From positions 1 through 64,000 of the IMG/VR virus record IMGVR_UViG_3300034073_003178: a stretch of DNA of 64,000 bases; one strand, written 5' to 3'. How positions within the stretch are numbered: position 1 is the first letter of the stretch; each line of letters starts with the position of its first letter. The stretch is from an uncultured virus (IMG/VR IMGVR_UViG_3300034073_003178) (Duplodnaviria; Heunggongvirae; Uroviricota; Caudoviricetes). Both the position numbers and the translations under genes were made by a program. This document shows, piece after piece, positions 46,201 through 53,417 of this stretch. The notes beneath the pieces were generated by a model, which did not search any database, had not been told where the DNA came from, and was given only the letters and a program-made list of their open reading frames with translations.

Positions 46201-49200
46201 GAAACTGTAAGTGCTATTCCAGTTACAACTGCTGTAGAATCACTTGATACTAAAGATGTACTAAAATTAGTAACTATTCCAGCAGATGAAACTACTATTC
46301 TATTATTTGCAGGAATAGATGTAATTCTATAAAGATTATTATATCCAGTATTAATTCCAGTGTATCCAGAAAGACTTACTACTTCATTAATATTATTACT
46401 AATAGAAGTTACAGATATCGTTGCTGGTACAAATCCTGTAGTTGTTCCAATACCAGATCTAGGAAGAATTGATAATGTATTACCAACTGCATAGCAACTT
46501 CCACCATCCATAATTTGAACGGAAGAAATATTTCCAGTTGAATTTACATCAATTGCTACTTTAGCACCAATTCCAGTAGCAGATCCCTGTAAATCCACAC
46601 CATAATAAGTTCCAGGAACATAACTTGATCCAGCACTTACTATGCTAAAGGAATTAATCTGTGAAAGACCATGATCTATAGTTGTGTAAATTGTATGAGA
46701 AGTTCCTACTGAATCTGAAACTATTGCAGTTACTCCAAATCCAACATTAAAGTCGCTAATGAATTTGGTTAAAGTTTCTTTTGTAATGCTATTTTCTGAA
46801 CTATCAAGAGTTACTTCACCAATAATATCCAACTTAGCAAATGAAACTGCTTCTTTTGGATCTGATGATGGATTATCTCTATCAGTTTGAGGATAAAGAT
46901 TTTTAATTGGTTGAGATAATTTAATATTATTGAAAGGTGATGCAATAGGAGAGACTGAATTATTTAAAATGATCAATTCATAAATTCCGTCTTGCTTTTC
47001 TGGAATATATTCTTGAATAGTTTCAATTGTATAGAGTTTGTAAGTATTTACAGTTTCTTTTGGTTGGAAATATGGAAGATTTAAATCTCTTGTTGTAGTA
47101 TTGTTAGAAAATAAACCAGGATTAATTATAATATCAACTACAAATTGCTTAGAATTAGTAATTCTCTTTACAGTGTAAGTTCCATTATATCCATCGGGAA
47201 CTACATTTTCTATTTTTACTTTTGATCCAACAAGCAGTTCATGATCTAATTCACTAGTTATTATCGCTTCACCCGCATTCCAAGTTGCATTTGAAATATA
47301 TTTTGGACTTCTTAAATCGTTTACATTCTGTAAAGATTCATCTCCAAAGTAAATATCAATTTCATTTTCTCCAAGTAGATTCTTATTACTTTTTTGTAAA
47401 ACATATCCATCAACAGGAGGTCTTGCTACAACAGAGGAATCTTTTGGAATAACATATTCAAATTTATAAATGGTATCTTCTATATTTCTTCTATCTGGAA
47501 TTCTTTCAATATAAGTTTTGTTGGTAGTTTCTACTCCAGTTTTAGATAAGAGATGAGTATATAAAGTACTATTTGGTGCAACTGTTATATACCAATTAGA
47601 CTTAATAGAATCCCACTGAACAGGATGACCTATTTCTCCAACATTTTTATCAGAAACTCTACTAACAACTCTTAGGTTTCCACCTTTTGTATTGAGATTT
47701 ACAAATACATTATTCAAAGCAGAATCAAATGTTTCTGCTAACCTAATTTGATTATTTCCTCCAGTAGTTACATCAATAGCATAATAAATTTTATCCTCAA
47801 TTCCATCAGGAAGATACCCATTATCAGAAACTACTCTTACTTTTTCCCCGGTTTGGAAAGTGTCAGTTTGAGTAAAGTTTATTATTCCTGAAGAGATACT
47901 ATTTTCAGTATTATTGTTGATTCTTGCAACATTAAATGATTTTTCATAAGAAGTAGTTGTATCTGGAATTACAACAGATGCTGTTGAATTTTCCAAATAA
48001 AGAGTTTCATTTTTGGCAGCGCCTACTCTATATCCATCTAATAATGTTCTTGGAGGATTGTTAAAGTCCTTCTCATCGTATAAGTATAATCTTGTAGTTG
48101 TAGCAGCTCCAGCCGCACTAGTTGTAGTTAATCCAACATCAATAGAATTAAACTCAACAGTTATTTTTTGGGACTCTATATCTCTAGGAGGAATTATTTT
48201 AGTGATAAATCCTACATCATCTCTAGGAAAAGCATCTCTACTAAATCCATCAGATACGAGTGCTTTAGATCCAAAGTTTGAGTTAGAGTTTGTGATTGAA
48301 TAGTCTCCACCACTTTCCGCAAGGAATTGGTTAGCAAATCCAATAGCAAAGATACTTACAAGTTGACAGAAACCACCTTCAGATACCTTGATGTGATAGT
48401 TTTCATATTCAGGTTTAAATCTTGCTCTTGAGTTTTTGTAGAGATTTGGAACTGCAACAGAATCTCTATATACCCCAGTATTTTTATCATATAAAACAAA
48501 AGCATTATCATCCTTTTGAATACCAATTCCAGTGAATTGGGCAACAACCATACTCTTAAATCCATCTGCCTTACTTCCATCAGCATGAAGTCCGCACATT
48601 CCATAAACGGATCTCAATGATACATTGAAGACATATGGAGAAGCAGAAGATACTGTATCGGTTACAATACTAATGTTTGCTCCAAATATTTCAGGGGAAG
48701 CAACTTGAGGTACAATACTTGACTTATACTGGAATTGATTTGTTCCTAATACTCTAAAAACAGTAAATTGTCCAGAATATCCAGACTCATTAATTCCAGA
48801 AACCTGGATTGAAGTATCAACACTGATTCCTTCAAGAGGTTCTGTAGTTGTTACTGTGATTATATTGGTTGGAGTGAATCCATTTCCTGCTCTTATCTCG
48901 GAGATTTGGAAATCTTTTCCTCTTGATCCTACAATTCTAAATTCATCTACAACTGGTTGAATATCTACTGCAGCGCCAGTTGAATATATTACATCATCAA
49001 TTGGTCTACCAGAAGAATCTCCATATACTAGAGATATTTTTTCATAGTACATTTCAAGATCAGTTCTTGATGTTGATATGGACTGATTAAAAATATCAGT
49101 GATAGCAACATCATTAACCCCATCAGCATATTCAAAACAAGTTAACTTGTGATGTGAAAATGTTGGTGTATGCTTTAATGTTGTATAATCTTTATATGCA

Positions 49201-49769
49201 AGTCCATTTGGATCTGCATCAAGAACTGAAAATCCATATAAAAATGATGCTCCAGTAAGTCTAAAAATAGCAGATCTTTCTATAGCATTATTAGTTGGAT
49301 CTGGAACATATAAGGGTCTGATTACAGTTTTTCTAAGATCCTTTGCTACAATACTTACACCACGAGGAAGAATCAAACCACCATGAACAGAATTTAATTT
49401 ATAAAGATCATTAGTTGCAGATGTTATATCATAAACAGTATCTAAAGACCATGGTGTTATTGTAGTATTTGCTCCACTTCTGAGTTTTATACTTCCAGTA
49501 TCATCTATGAATGCTCCAGGGCGATTATCAACAAGATGTTGTCCTGGATATATTAATATTGTTGTTCTACCAAATCTATCATTATCTAAACCTGCCTGAT
49601 ATGAGAATCTCGCTGCTTCTGCTAGTGCCCTGTTTAAAGTTTTAAACGGAACCATTTGACTGCTTCCGTCATTCTCAATGCTATCTGTAGAATCTAAAGC
49701 ATTTGGATCAACATGAAGTAGGTTGCCACGAACAGACTTCAAAAATGCTTCTAATCTGGAAAGACCCAT
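43254..49769 (-). CDS. Very large tail or baseplate-associated structural protein
   Basis: 2171 aa; MGLSRLEAFLKS..PFKTLNRAL, FKSMVVAQFTG, SITNSNSNFG and RASGHTFEYVG motifs typical of cyanophage giant structural proteins. Confidence 0.8.
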   Translation of the reverse strand: MGLSRLEAFLKSVRGNLLHVDPNALDSTDSIENDGSSQMVPFKTLNRALAEAARFSYQAGLDNDRFGRTTILIYPGQHLVDNRPGAFIDDTGSIKLRSGANTTITPWSLDTVYDITSATNDLYKLNSVHGGLILPRGVSIVAKDLRKTVIRPLYVPDPTNNAIERSAIFRLTGASFLYGFSVLDADPNGLAYKDYTTLKHTPTFSHHKLTCFEYADGVNDVAITDIFNQSISTSRTDLEMYYEKISLVYGDSSGRPIDDVIYSTGAAVDIQPVVDEFRIVGSRGKDFQISEIRAGNGFTPTNIITVTTTEPLEGISVDTSIQVSGINESGYSGQFTVFRVLGTNQFQYKSSIVPQVASPEIFGANISIVTDTVSSASPYVFNVSLRSVYGMCGLHADGSKADGFKSMVVAQFTGIGIQKDDNAFVLYDKNTGVYRDSVAVPNLYKNSRARFKPEYENYHIKVSEGGFCQLVSIFAIGFANQFLAESGGDYSITNSNSNFGSKALVSDGFSRDAFPRDDVGFITKIIPPRDIESQKITVEFNSIDVGLTTTSAAGAATTTRLYLYDEKDFNNPPRTLLDGYRVGAAKNETLYLENSTASVVIPDTTTSYEKSFNVARINNNTENSISSGIINFTQTDTFQTGEKVRVVSDNGYLPDGIEDKIYYAIDVTTGGNNQIRLAETFDSALNNVFVNLNTKGGNLRVVSRVSDKNVGEIGHPVQWDSIKSNWYITVAPNSTLYTHLLSKTGVETTNKTYIERIPDRRNIEDTIYKFEYVIPKDSSVVARPPVDGYVLQKSNKNLLGENEIDIYFGDESLQNVNDLRSPKYISNATWNAGEAIITSELDHELLVGSKVKIENVVPDGYNGTYTVKRITNSKQFVVDIIINPGLFSNNTTTRDLNLPYFQPKETVNTYKLYTIETIQEYIPEKQDGIYELIILNNSVSPIASPFNNIKLSQPIKNLYPQTDRDNPSSDPKEAVSFAKLDIIGEVTLDSSENSITKETLTKFISDFNVGFGVTAIVSDSVGTSHTIYTTIDHGLSQINSFSIVSAGSSYVPGTYYGVDLQGSATGIGAKVAIDVNSTGNISSVQIMDGGSCYAVGNTLSILPRSGIGTTTGFVPATISVTSISNNINEVVSLSGYTGINTGYNNLYRITSIPANNRIVVSSAGIVTNFSTSLVSSDSTAVVTGIALTVSNFTYDRIVGIATVTTLSSHDLNLNQKIRLDGFTQSFYNKDVSVSKILSSTSFEIVGIGTSTTTPATTGTRIVHPYGYNTSQRGNDRGRYIYDKLILTNNSLVSSSSDIISITNAQNTGLKIGDYLKINQEVLRVKSPVVNSNVSVYRAQFGTVRSSHSSGSVIQRIKPIPIEFRRNTIIRASGHTFEYVGFGPGNYSTAFPERQDRKLSDTEKILSQSLKYNGGVVYYSGTDDSGDFYAGNKKTTSATGKEEVFDTPIQTFAGDESSTNEIVKTNDVVIDRSIRVGGGKNNNVVSEFNGPIVLNEKLTSYSPEGIEVPSIFLQGDQEISRRYSISNEEPSISGNYGDIIYRASPNEGENIGWVYTTNDRWKTWGYVGDLGTQISIYSGVENGSNILEGVVDKLKFVGDPNGFGIDVDIEIDPTVGFGTIVLRNPIDIINFGTSTLGTNAPTFTTRSNGTRIVYYDSLDTNNVDYAVGIGSNILWNSIPKNESGFSFKWYGGQVELMSLSGSGQLTVSNGIIGVLNGDVNGNATTATTAINLTRSVIAGVGLTGGGILNNQNVTLSVGQGSGITVSGTTVGINTDVVVTRSDNQSISGIKTFTNTIQGTITNAINASTSTTSTNLNRSVIAGNGLTGGGILNGQDVTLNIGQGSGITVNADSIQVDSTVVRDSGPQTIGGVKTFTSTISGSITGNAGSVTNGVYTVGDQSINGILTVNDLFVGTDVGDPAANAGNTNASRLGDGVFSINRIDEVPVRIGRSNNGALIWWFRNGNNEGTISNAGGTISYGTFLGTHWGRFEDGSKPDVLPGTILETVNKLIEWKVAVFNVNGEEKISAYEGSLKAGDTIQIGYEGNIYDAIIKNEEEIPYDLNKHVCVKISDTPASKKVFGVFLGWDDNDIPEKMVNTWNDMNCAAIGNYFIRIASGQTLEIGDLIESDGNGCGRVQDDDIIRSKTVGKVTSTIPQRVYDDGSFLVTAVLYCG

Positions 49770-49798
49770 CTTTATTACACTATAAGTTCCTTATCATT

Positions 49799-49805
49799 TA
49801 TTTAT
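49799..49805 (-). promoter_or_regulatory. T4-like late promoter motif
   Basis: ATAAATA about 30 nt upstream of the ATG at 49769. Confidence 0.6.
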
Positions 49806-49828
49806 TCATAAGAAACTTCCCCTTCAAT

Positions 49829-49996
49829 TTATATTTTGTTCTGAATAAGATACTCTACAGTATTTGCAATATCATTCATAGCATCCCTCAGTTCAGGTCT
49901 TTGTCCAGATTCCTGTCGTATAATTGGTCTATGATCATCAGTCAATGTCCATCTCCACTGCTTCATAGACTCGCACCACCAGAGATTGATTTTCAT
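49829..49996 (-). CDS. Small hypothetical protein (55 aa)
   Basis: Not in the ORF track. Manual translation: MKINLWWCESMKQWRWTLTDDHRPIIRQESGQRPELRDAMNDIANTVEYLIQNKI. Confidence 0.75.
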   Translation of the reverse strand: MKINLWWCESMKQWRWTLTDDHRPIIRQESGQRPELRDAMNDIANTVEYLIQNKI

Positions 49997-50014
49997 AATC
50001 TTTTTATGAACTTA

Positions 50015-50086
50015 AGCCACTTGTCAGATTTGAACTGACGACCGCTCGCTTACAAGGCGAGTGCTCTACCACTGAGCTAAAGGGGC
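50015..50086 (-). tRNA. tRNA-Thr(UGU)
   Basis: Cloverleaf GCCCCTT-TAGCTCAGTGGTAGAGC..CTCGC-CT TGT AA-GCGAG..GTTCAAATC. One C:U mismatch in the acceptor stem; no encoded CCA. Confidence 0.92.
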
Positions 50087-50108
50087 GAATAAAATCATTA
50101 TAAGGTAT

Positions 50109-50387
50109 TTAGAGAATTTCGTCAAGCACTTCTGGATTCTCAAGTTCAACAGGAAATAAACATGGATGCACTTCTTCGTCTATAAGATAGAAAGATTTTT
50201 GATAAAAGATTTCAGGAGTCATTGTAAGTTGTTGATTTGCTTTTTCAATTATTTCAGGATCATTCTGAGCAATTTCAGGAATATCATCAAATGTAAAAGG
50301 AATGTTATTAATGTAGTATGTCTTTATAATATATTTTCCATCTTGAGTATTATACCAATTATAAGAAAAGGTGATTAGATACTTCAT
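50109..50387 (-). CDS. Hypothetical protein
   Basis: 92-aa ORF between tRNAs, preceded by ATAAATA at 50408-50414. Confidence 0.7.
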   Translation of the reverse strand: MKYLITFSYNWYNTQDGKYIIKTYYINNIPFTFDDIPEIAQNDPEIIEKANQQLTMTPEIFYQKSFYLIDEEVHPCLFPVELENPEVLDEIL

Positions 50388-50449
50388 TAGAATTCATCAG
50401 TATCTTATATTTATTTTTTATTTTTACCTCTAGAATTTTACCTTAAAAG

Positions 50450-50535
50450 TAGGCGAGGCGAGACTTGAACTCGCATGGGCACAATGCCCGTCAGATTTTA
50501 AGTCTGAGATGTCTAACCAATTCCATCACTCGCCC
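50450..50535 (-). tRNA. tRNA-Leu(UAA)
   Basis: GGGCGAG acceptor, TCAGA-CT TAA AA-TCTGA anticodon arm, long variable arm GGGCA-TTG-TGCCC, GTTCAAGTC; no intron. Confidence 0.92.
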
Positions 50536-50557
50536 AATAAGATCCTTAAGGATCTAG

Positions 50558-50631
50558 TGGAAATGCTGGGGATTGAACCCAGAACCTCACGCTTATAAGG
50601 CGTGTGCTCTAACCAGTTGAGCTACATTTCC
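50558..50631 (-). tRNA. tRNA-Ile(UAU)
   Basis: GGAAATG/CATTTCC acceptor, CACGC-CT TAT AA-GCGTG anticodon arm, GGTTCAATCCC T arm. Confidence 0.9.
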
Positions 50632-50642
50632 GAAGTGAGACA

Positions 50643-50671
50643 ATCATAAGGTATAAACCCCAGATTGTCAA
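50643..50671 (-). promoter_or_regulatory. Sigma70 promoter for tRNA-Ile
   Basis: TTGACA-N17-TATGAT. Confidence 0.75.
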
Positions 50672-50672
50672 G

Positions 50673-50754
50673 TGCCCCTAGTCAGATTTGAACTGACAAG
50701 CCTCGTAGGCGGTTGATTTTGAGTCAACTGTGTTTACCGTTTCACCACAGGGGC
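50673..50754 (-). tRNA. tRNA-Leu(CAA)
   Basis: GCCCCTG/TAGGGGC acceptor, GTTGA-CT CAA AA-TCAAC anticodon arm, variable arm GCCT-ACG-AGGC, GTTCAAATC. Confidence 0.9.
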
Positions 50755-50762
50755 ATGAGACA

Positions 50763-50791
50763 ATCATAAGACCTAAATCTCAGATTGTCAA
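50763..50791 (-). promoter_or_regulatory. Sigma70 promoter for tRNA-Leu(CAA)
   Basis: TTGACA-N17-TATGAT; near copy of 50643-50671, 120 nt away. Confidence 0.75.
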
Positions 50792-50799
50792 GTGAGTCT

Positions 50800-51006
50800 T
50801 CAAGATTCGTATGTAGGAGGATTATACTTCAGATATTCAAAGAATGTCAACCTCATTTCCTTATGTGACATTCCGCAATGTTCGGCAGCTTGAGGTAAAT
50901 TCATCTTTGAATGAAACAAACCTTCATTCGCTTCTCTTACATTTTCTGGTGTTGTTTTTACTCGTTCTAGTTTCAAATCGTTGTATGTTATTTTGTATGG
51001 ATTCAT
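50800..51006 (-). CDS. Small hypothetical protein, possibly HTH-like
   Basis: MNLPQAAEHCGMS resembles a helix-turn-helix. Confidence 0.7.
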   Translation of the reverse strand: MNPYKITYNDLKLERVKTTPENVREANEGLFHSKMNLPQAAEHCGMSHKEMRLTFFEYLKYNPPTYES

Positions 51007-51034
51007 TGTATCTTAGCAAATTTTGTCTAAGGTG

Positions 51035-51331
51035 TCAAGACTGTAAACTTGTTTGAATTGCTCCGATTTCGGTTTGTAGTGCCCCAATAGCAGCATTTAA
51101 ATCTTCAATTGCTTGTAAGATATCCACCCCTTGAACAGTTAATATACCATCAATTGTAACATCATCATCAAACTTTGCTCTTTTTTTTACATCTAGTTTA
51201 CCACTTAAATCTAAATCAACAGTTCCATCCTCATTAAAAACGAATGGATCATTGCTTTCTGGCATTTCAGGTGGTTCCTGGGGAGTAAACTCAGGACCAA
51301 TAATTTCAGTTGTAGCTGCACCAACGGCCAT
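51035..51331 (-). CDS. Hypothetical structural-region protein
   Basis: 98 aa; preceded by AGGAG; C-terminal coiled coil. Confidence 0.7.
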   Translation of the reverse strand: MAVGAATTEIIGPEFTPQEPPEMPESNDPFVFNEDGTVDLDLSGKLDVKKRAKFDDDVTIDGILTVQGVDILQAIEDLNAAIGALQTEIGAIQTSLQS

Positions 51332-51341
51332 TTTTAATCTC

Positions 51342-52010
51342 CTATAATGATAACCAAAGACTTGGATGAGGCATAGATTGATGATGTAGATTATATTCTG
51401 GTTTTAAACATAATTTAACATCACCAGCAATTACATATCTATCACTTAAATTTTCTTTTTTCAAAGTAGAGTGTGATAGATTACTTGGGAATATAACAAC
51501 TGTTCCTTCATGAGGTGTTATTGTATAATTCCCGCAATTATACTTATTAAACTTTTTAATCAAATTATATTTATTACTTGGTTCAAAAATATTTCCTGAT
51601 ACTTCATTTAGATTATTTGAACTATGAACGCAAAACTTATCTGAAGTATCATCAGAAGACAAATAATAGCAAAAAGAAATATCTGATCCATTATGTATGT
51701 GAGGTTGTAATTGGGGAATATCTTTATTATGATATCCAACCCACGATTTTATAAAGTTAATATTTAATTTATTATGGTCTATTTCTAATAAATCCAAGTA
51801 ATTACATATACTTTCTTTTAAAGATTTGAAAAGAATGTGATAATTAGAATTTAAATGTAAAGAACATCTTCCAGAATTTTCTGGAGTTTCATTCTCATAA
51901 CCATTAAACCATAAAGTTTTTAATTCGTCAAAGTATTGATCTTTAAATTCTTGATGTACTTTTACTGTATCTTGAGCAACTAATATTGGAAAGACCTCAT
52001 GAATTCTCAT
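51342..52010 (-). CDS. Putative 2OG-Fe(II) oxygenase (TIGR02466-like)
   Basis: KSWV, PHIH..SDISFCYY, PHEGTVVIFPSNLSH and RYVIAG motifs. Confidence 0.78.
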   Translation of the reverse strand: MRIHEVFPILVAQDTVKVHQEFKDQYFDELKTLWFNGYENETPENSGRCSLHLNSNYHILFKSLKESICNYLDLLEIDHNKLNINFIKSWVGYHNKDIPQLQPHIHNGSDISFCYYLSSDDTSDKFCVHSSNNLNEVSGNIFEPSNKYNLIKKFNKYNCGNYTITPHEGTVVIFPSNLSHSTLKKENLSDRYVIAGDVKLCLKPEYNLHHQSMPHPSLWLSL

Positions 52011-52011
52011 A

Positions 52012-52803
52012 TTATGTGTTTATGTTATACTCACTATTATCGCCTGGATAGTCGTCTGGTGTCAAGCCTTGATATTCTGGAATCAGATCTTCACCATCAG
52101 TTCTTGTTCCATAAACATGATAAAAACAATCAATGGGCATTCCACCTTTTGCTTGAAGGTGAATTTGAGTTTTATCAATTCTTTTTACAATTACATCCTG
52201 ATGAGCACCAACAGGAGTTAACGACACTGTAATTGATTGAGTATCTACAAATGTTTTCCAATATTCTGGAAGTTGAATGACAGTTTTATTTGTAACTCTT
52301 CCGCGAACATATACATCATTGGATGGAGATTCTGGACAGGTATGCCTCAATCTCCATCCTTCTTTTGTTGGGTGAGGAATATCAAAGTTCTTCTTTGCGG
52401 ATAATCTGTGAGCACCACAAAAAGCCCAAACATCTCCTTGAGATGCAACTAACACCCCTGCTCTTACGGAAAGACCAGCATTGACACTTAGATTAACATC
52501 TAAGTTATCAAAAATAGCTGCATCTCCTATTACCGCAAGAGAATATGGAGAATTATTTATAGGAATACATGTTTGAAGAATTCCAGGAATAAATGGAAGA
52601 GGAGACTCGCTATTTGTTAGAGGAGCAATCATACATGTTGCCCAAACATTTGGAAAAGTTACATGATTTCCAATAAGTGCTGGACCTTGTGTATATGAAG
52701 AACCTCGTATTCTTAATGGGCCTCTTCCCAAAATTTCAGGACCTACAGGATCTTTTACATTAAAAAATTGACCTTTTACATAAATGTTATCAAAACTTGC
52801 CAT
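52012..52803 (-). CDS. Hypothetical baseplate-region protein
   Basis: KNFDIPHP..LRHTCPESP..VYVRG C-terminal module; lies downstream of the gp5-like gene. Confidence 0.7.
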   Translation of the reverse strand: MASFDNIYVKGQFFNVKDPVGPEILGRGPLRIRGSSYTQGPALIGNHVTFPNVWATCMIAPLTNSESPLPFIPGILQTCIPINNSPYSLAVIGDAAIFDNLDVNLSVNAGLSVRAGVLVASQGDVWAFCGAHRLSAKKNFDIPHPTKEGWRLRHTCPESPSNDVYVRGRVTNKTVIQLPEYWKTFVDTQSITVSLTPVGAHQDVIVKRIDKTQIHLQAKGGMPIDCFYHVYGTRTDGEDLIPEYQGLTPDDYPGDNSEYNINT

Positions 52804-52814
52804 AAATATTCTCT

Positions 52815-53408
52815 CTATGCGATTAAATTAAAGAAACCTAATAATGCTCTTTGCCAAAACTGCCCATTTCCAATATCAAAATCAATTGGAGGTTTAATTG
52901 CACTCATAGAAGTTACATTTTGCATCTCTCCAGCATACATTCTCATTATATTTGTAGCAGTCATTTGCATTGAACCATTTGTATACAAACTTGTGGATTG
53001 TTTTCCATTAAGTTCTATTTGTTTAGCCTCCATATTTAGTTCTTGGGAAGCAACTAAATTTATGTTACCATTATTATTATCAGGGCCATATGCAATTATA
53101 TCAATATTTTCTGCCTCCATTCGGATTCTACCACGAGTGGTAATTACTATATCACCACTTGCAGAATCTAACCAAAATGCAGGTTGACCTTTTTGAACAT
53201 TATCACCACATTTAATTTGATATCTTCCCCTACATCTATTTGTAATCCATCCAGGCCTTGGATCAGTTTGATCTATAGTAATATATTCAAGACCACCTTG
53301 CCCTTGAAGAAGAATTGATGATTTAACTTGATCTAAATGAATGTGACCAAATCTTAAGGCACCATCTTTAGTTCTTATATCTTTAGTTTCATAATTTTTT
53401 GATGTCAT
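52815..53408 (-). CDS. Baseplate spike-associated protein (gp5 C-terminal beta-helix-like)
   Basis: Alternating beta-strand pattern (GDIVIT..GRIRMEAENIDI); adjacent to the gp5-like gene. Confidence 0.55.
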   Translation of the reverse strand: MTSKNYETKDIRTKDGALRFGHIHLDQVKSSILLQGQGGLEYITIDQTDPRPGWITNRCRGRYQIKCGDNVQKGQPAFWLDSASGDIVITTRGRIRMEAENIDIIAYGPDNNNGNINLVASQELNMEAKQIELNGKQSTSLYTNGSMQMTATNIMRMYAGEMQNVTSMSAIKPPIDFDIGNGQFWQRALLGFFNLIA

Positions 53409-53417
53409 TTTTTATAA

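Noticed and set aside
14884..49769. Diversity-generating retroelement or invertase shufflon acting on fibres
   Set aside because: No reverse transcriptase, recombinase, adenine-variable repeat pair or inverted cassettes seen in this window.
49703..50038. Plus-strand 111-aa ORF
   Set aside because: Overlaps tRNA-Thr, a better-supported 55-aa minus-strand gene and the start of the giant structural gene.
50673..50754. Selenocysteine or opal-suppressor tRNA (TCA appears in the loop)
   Set aside because: The 5-bp stem GTTGA/TCAAC centres the 7-nt loop on CAA, so it is Leu.
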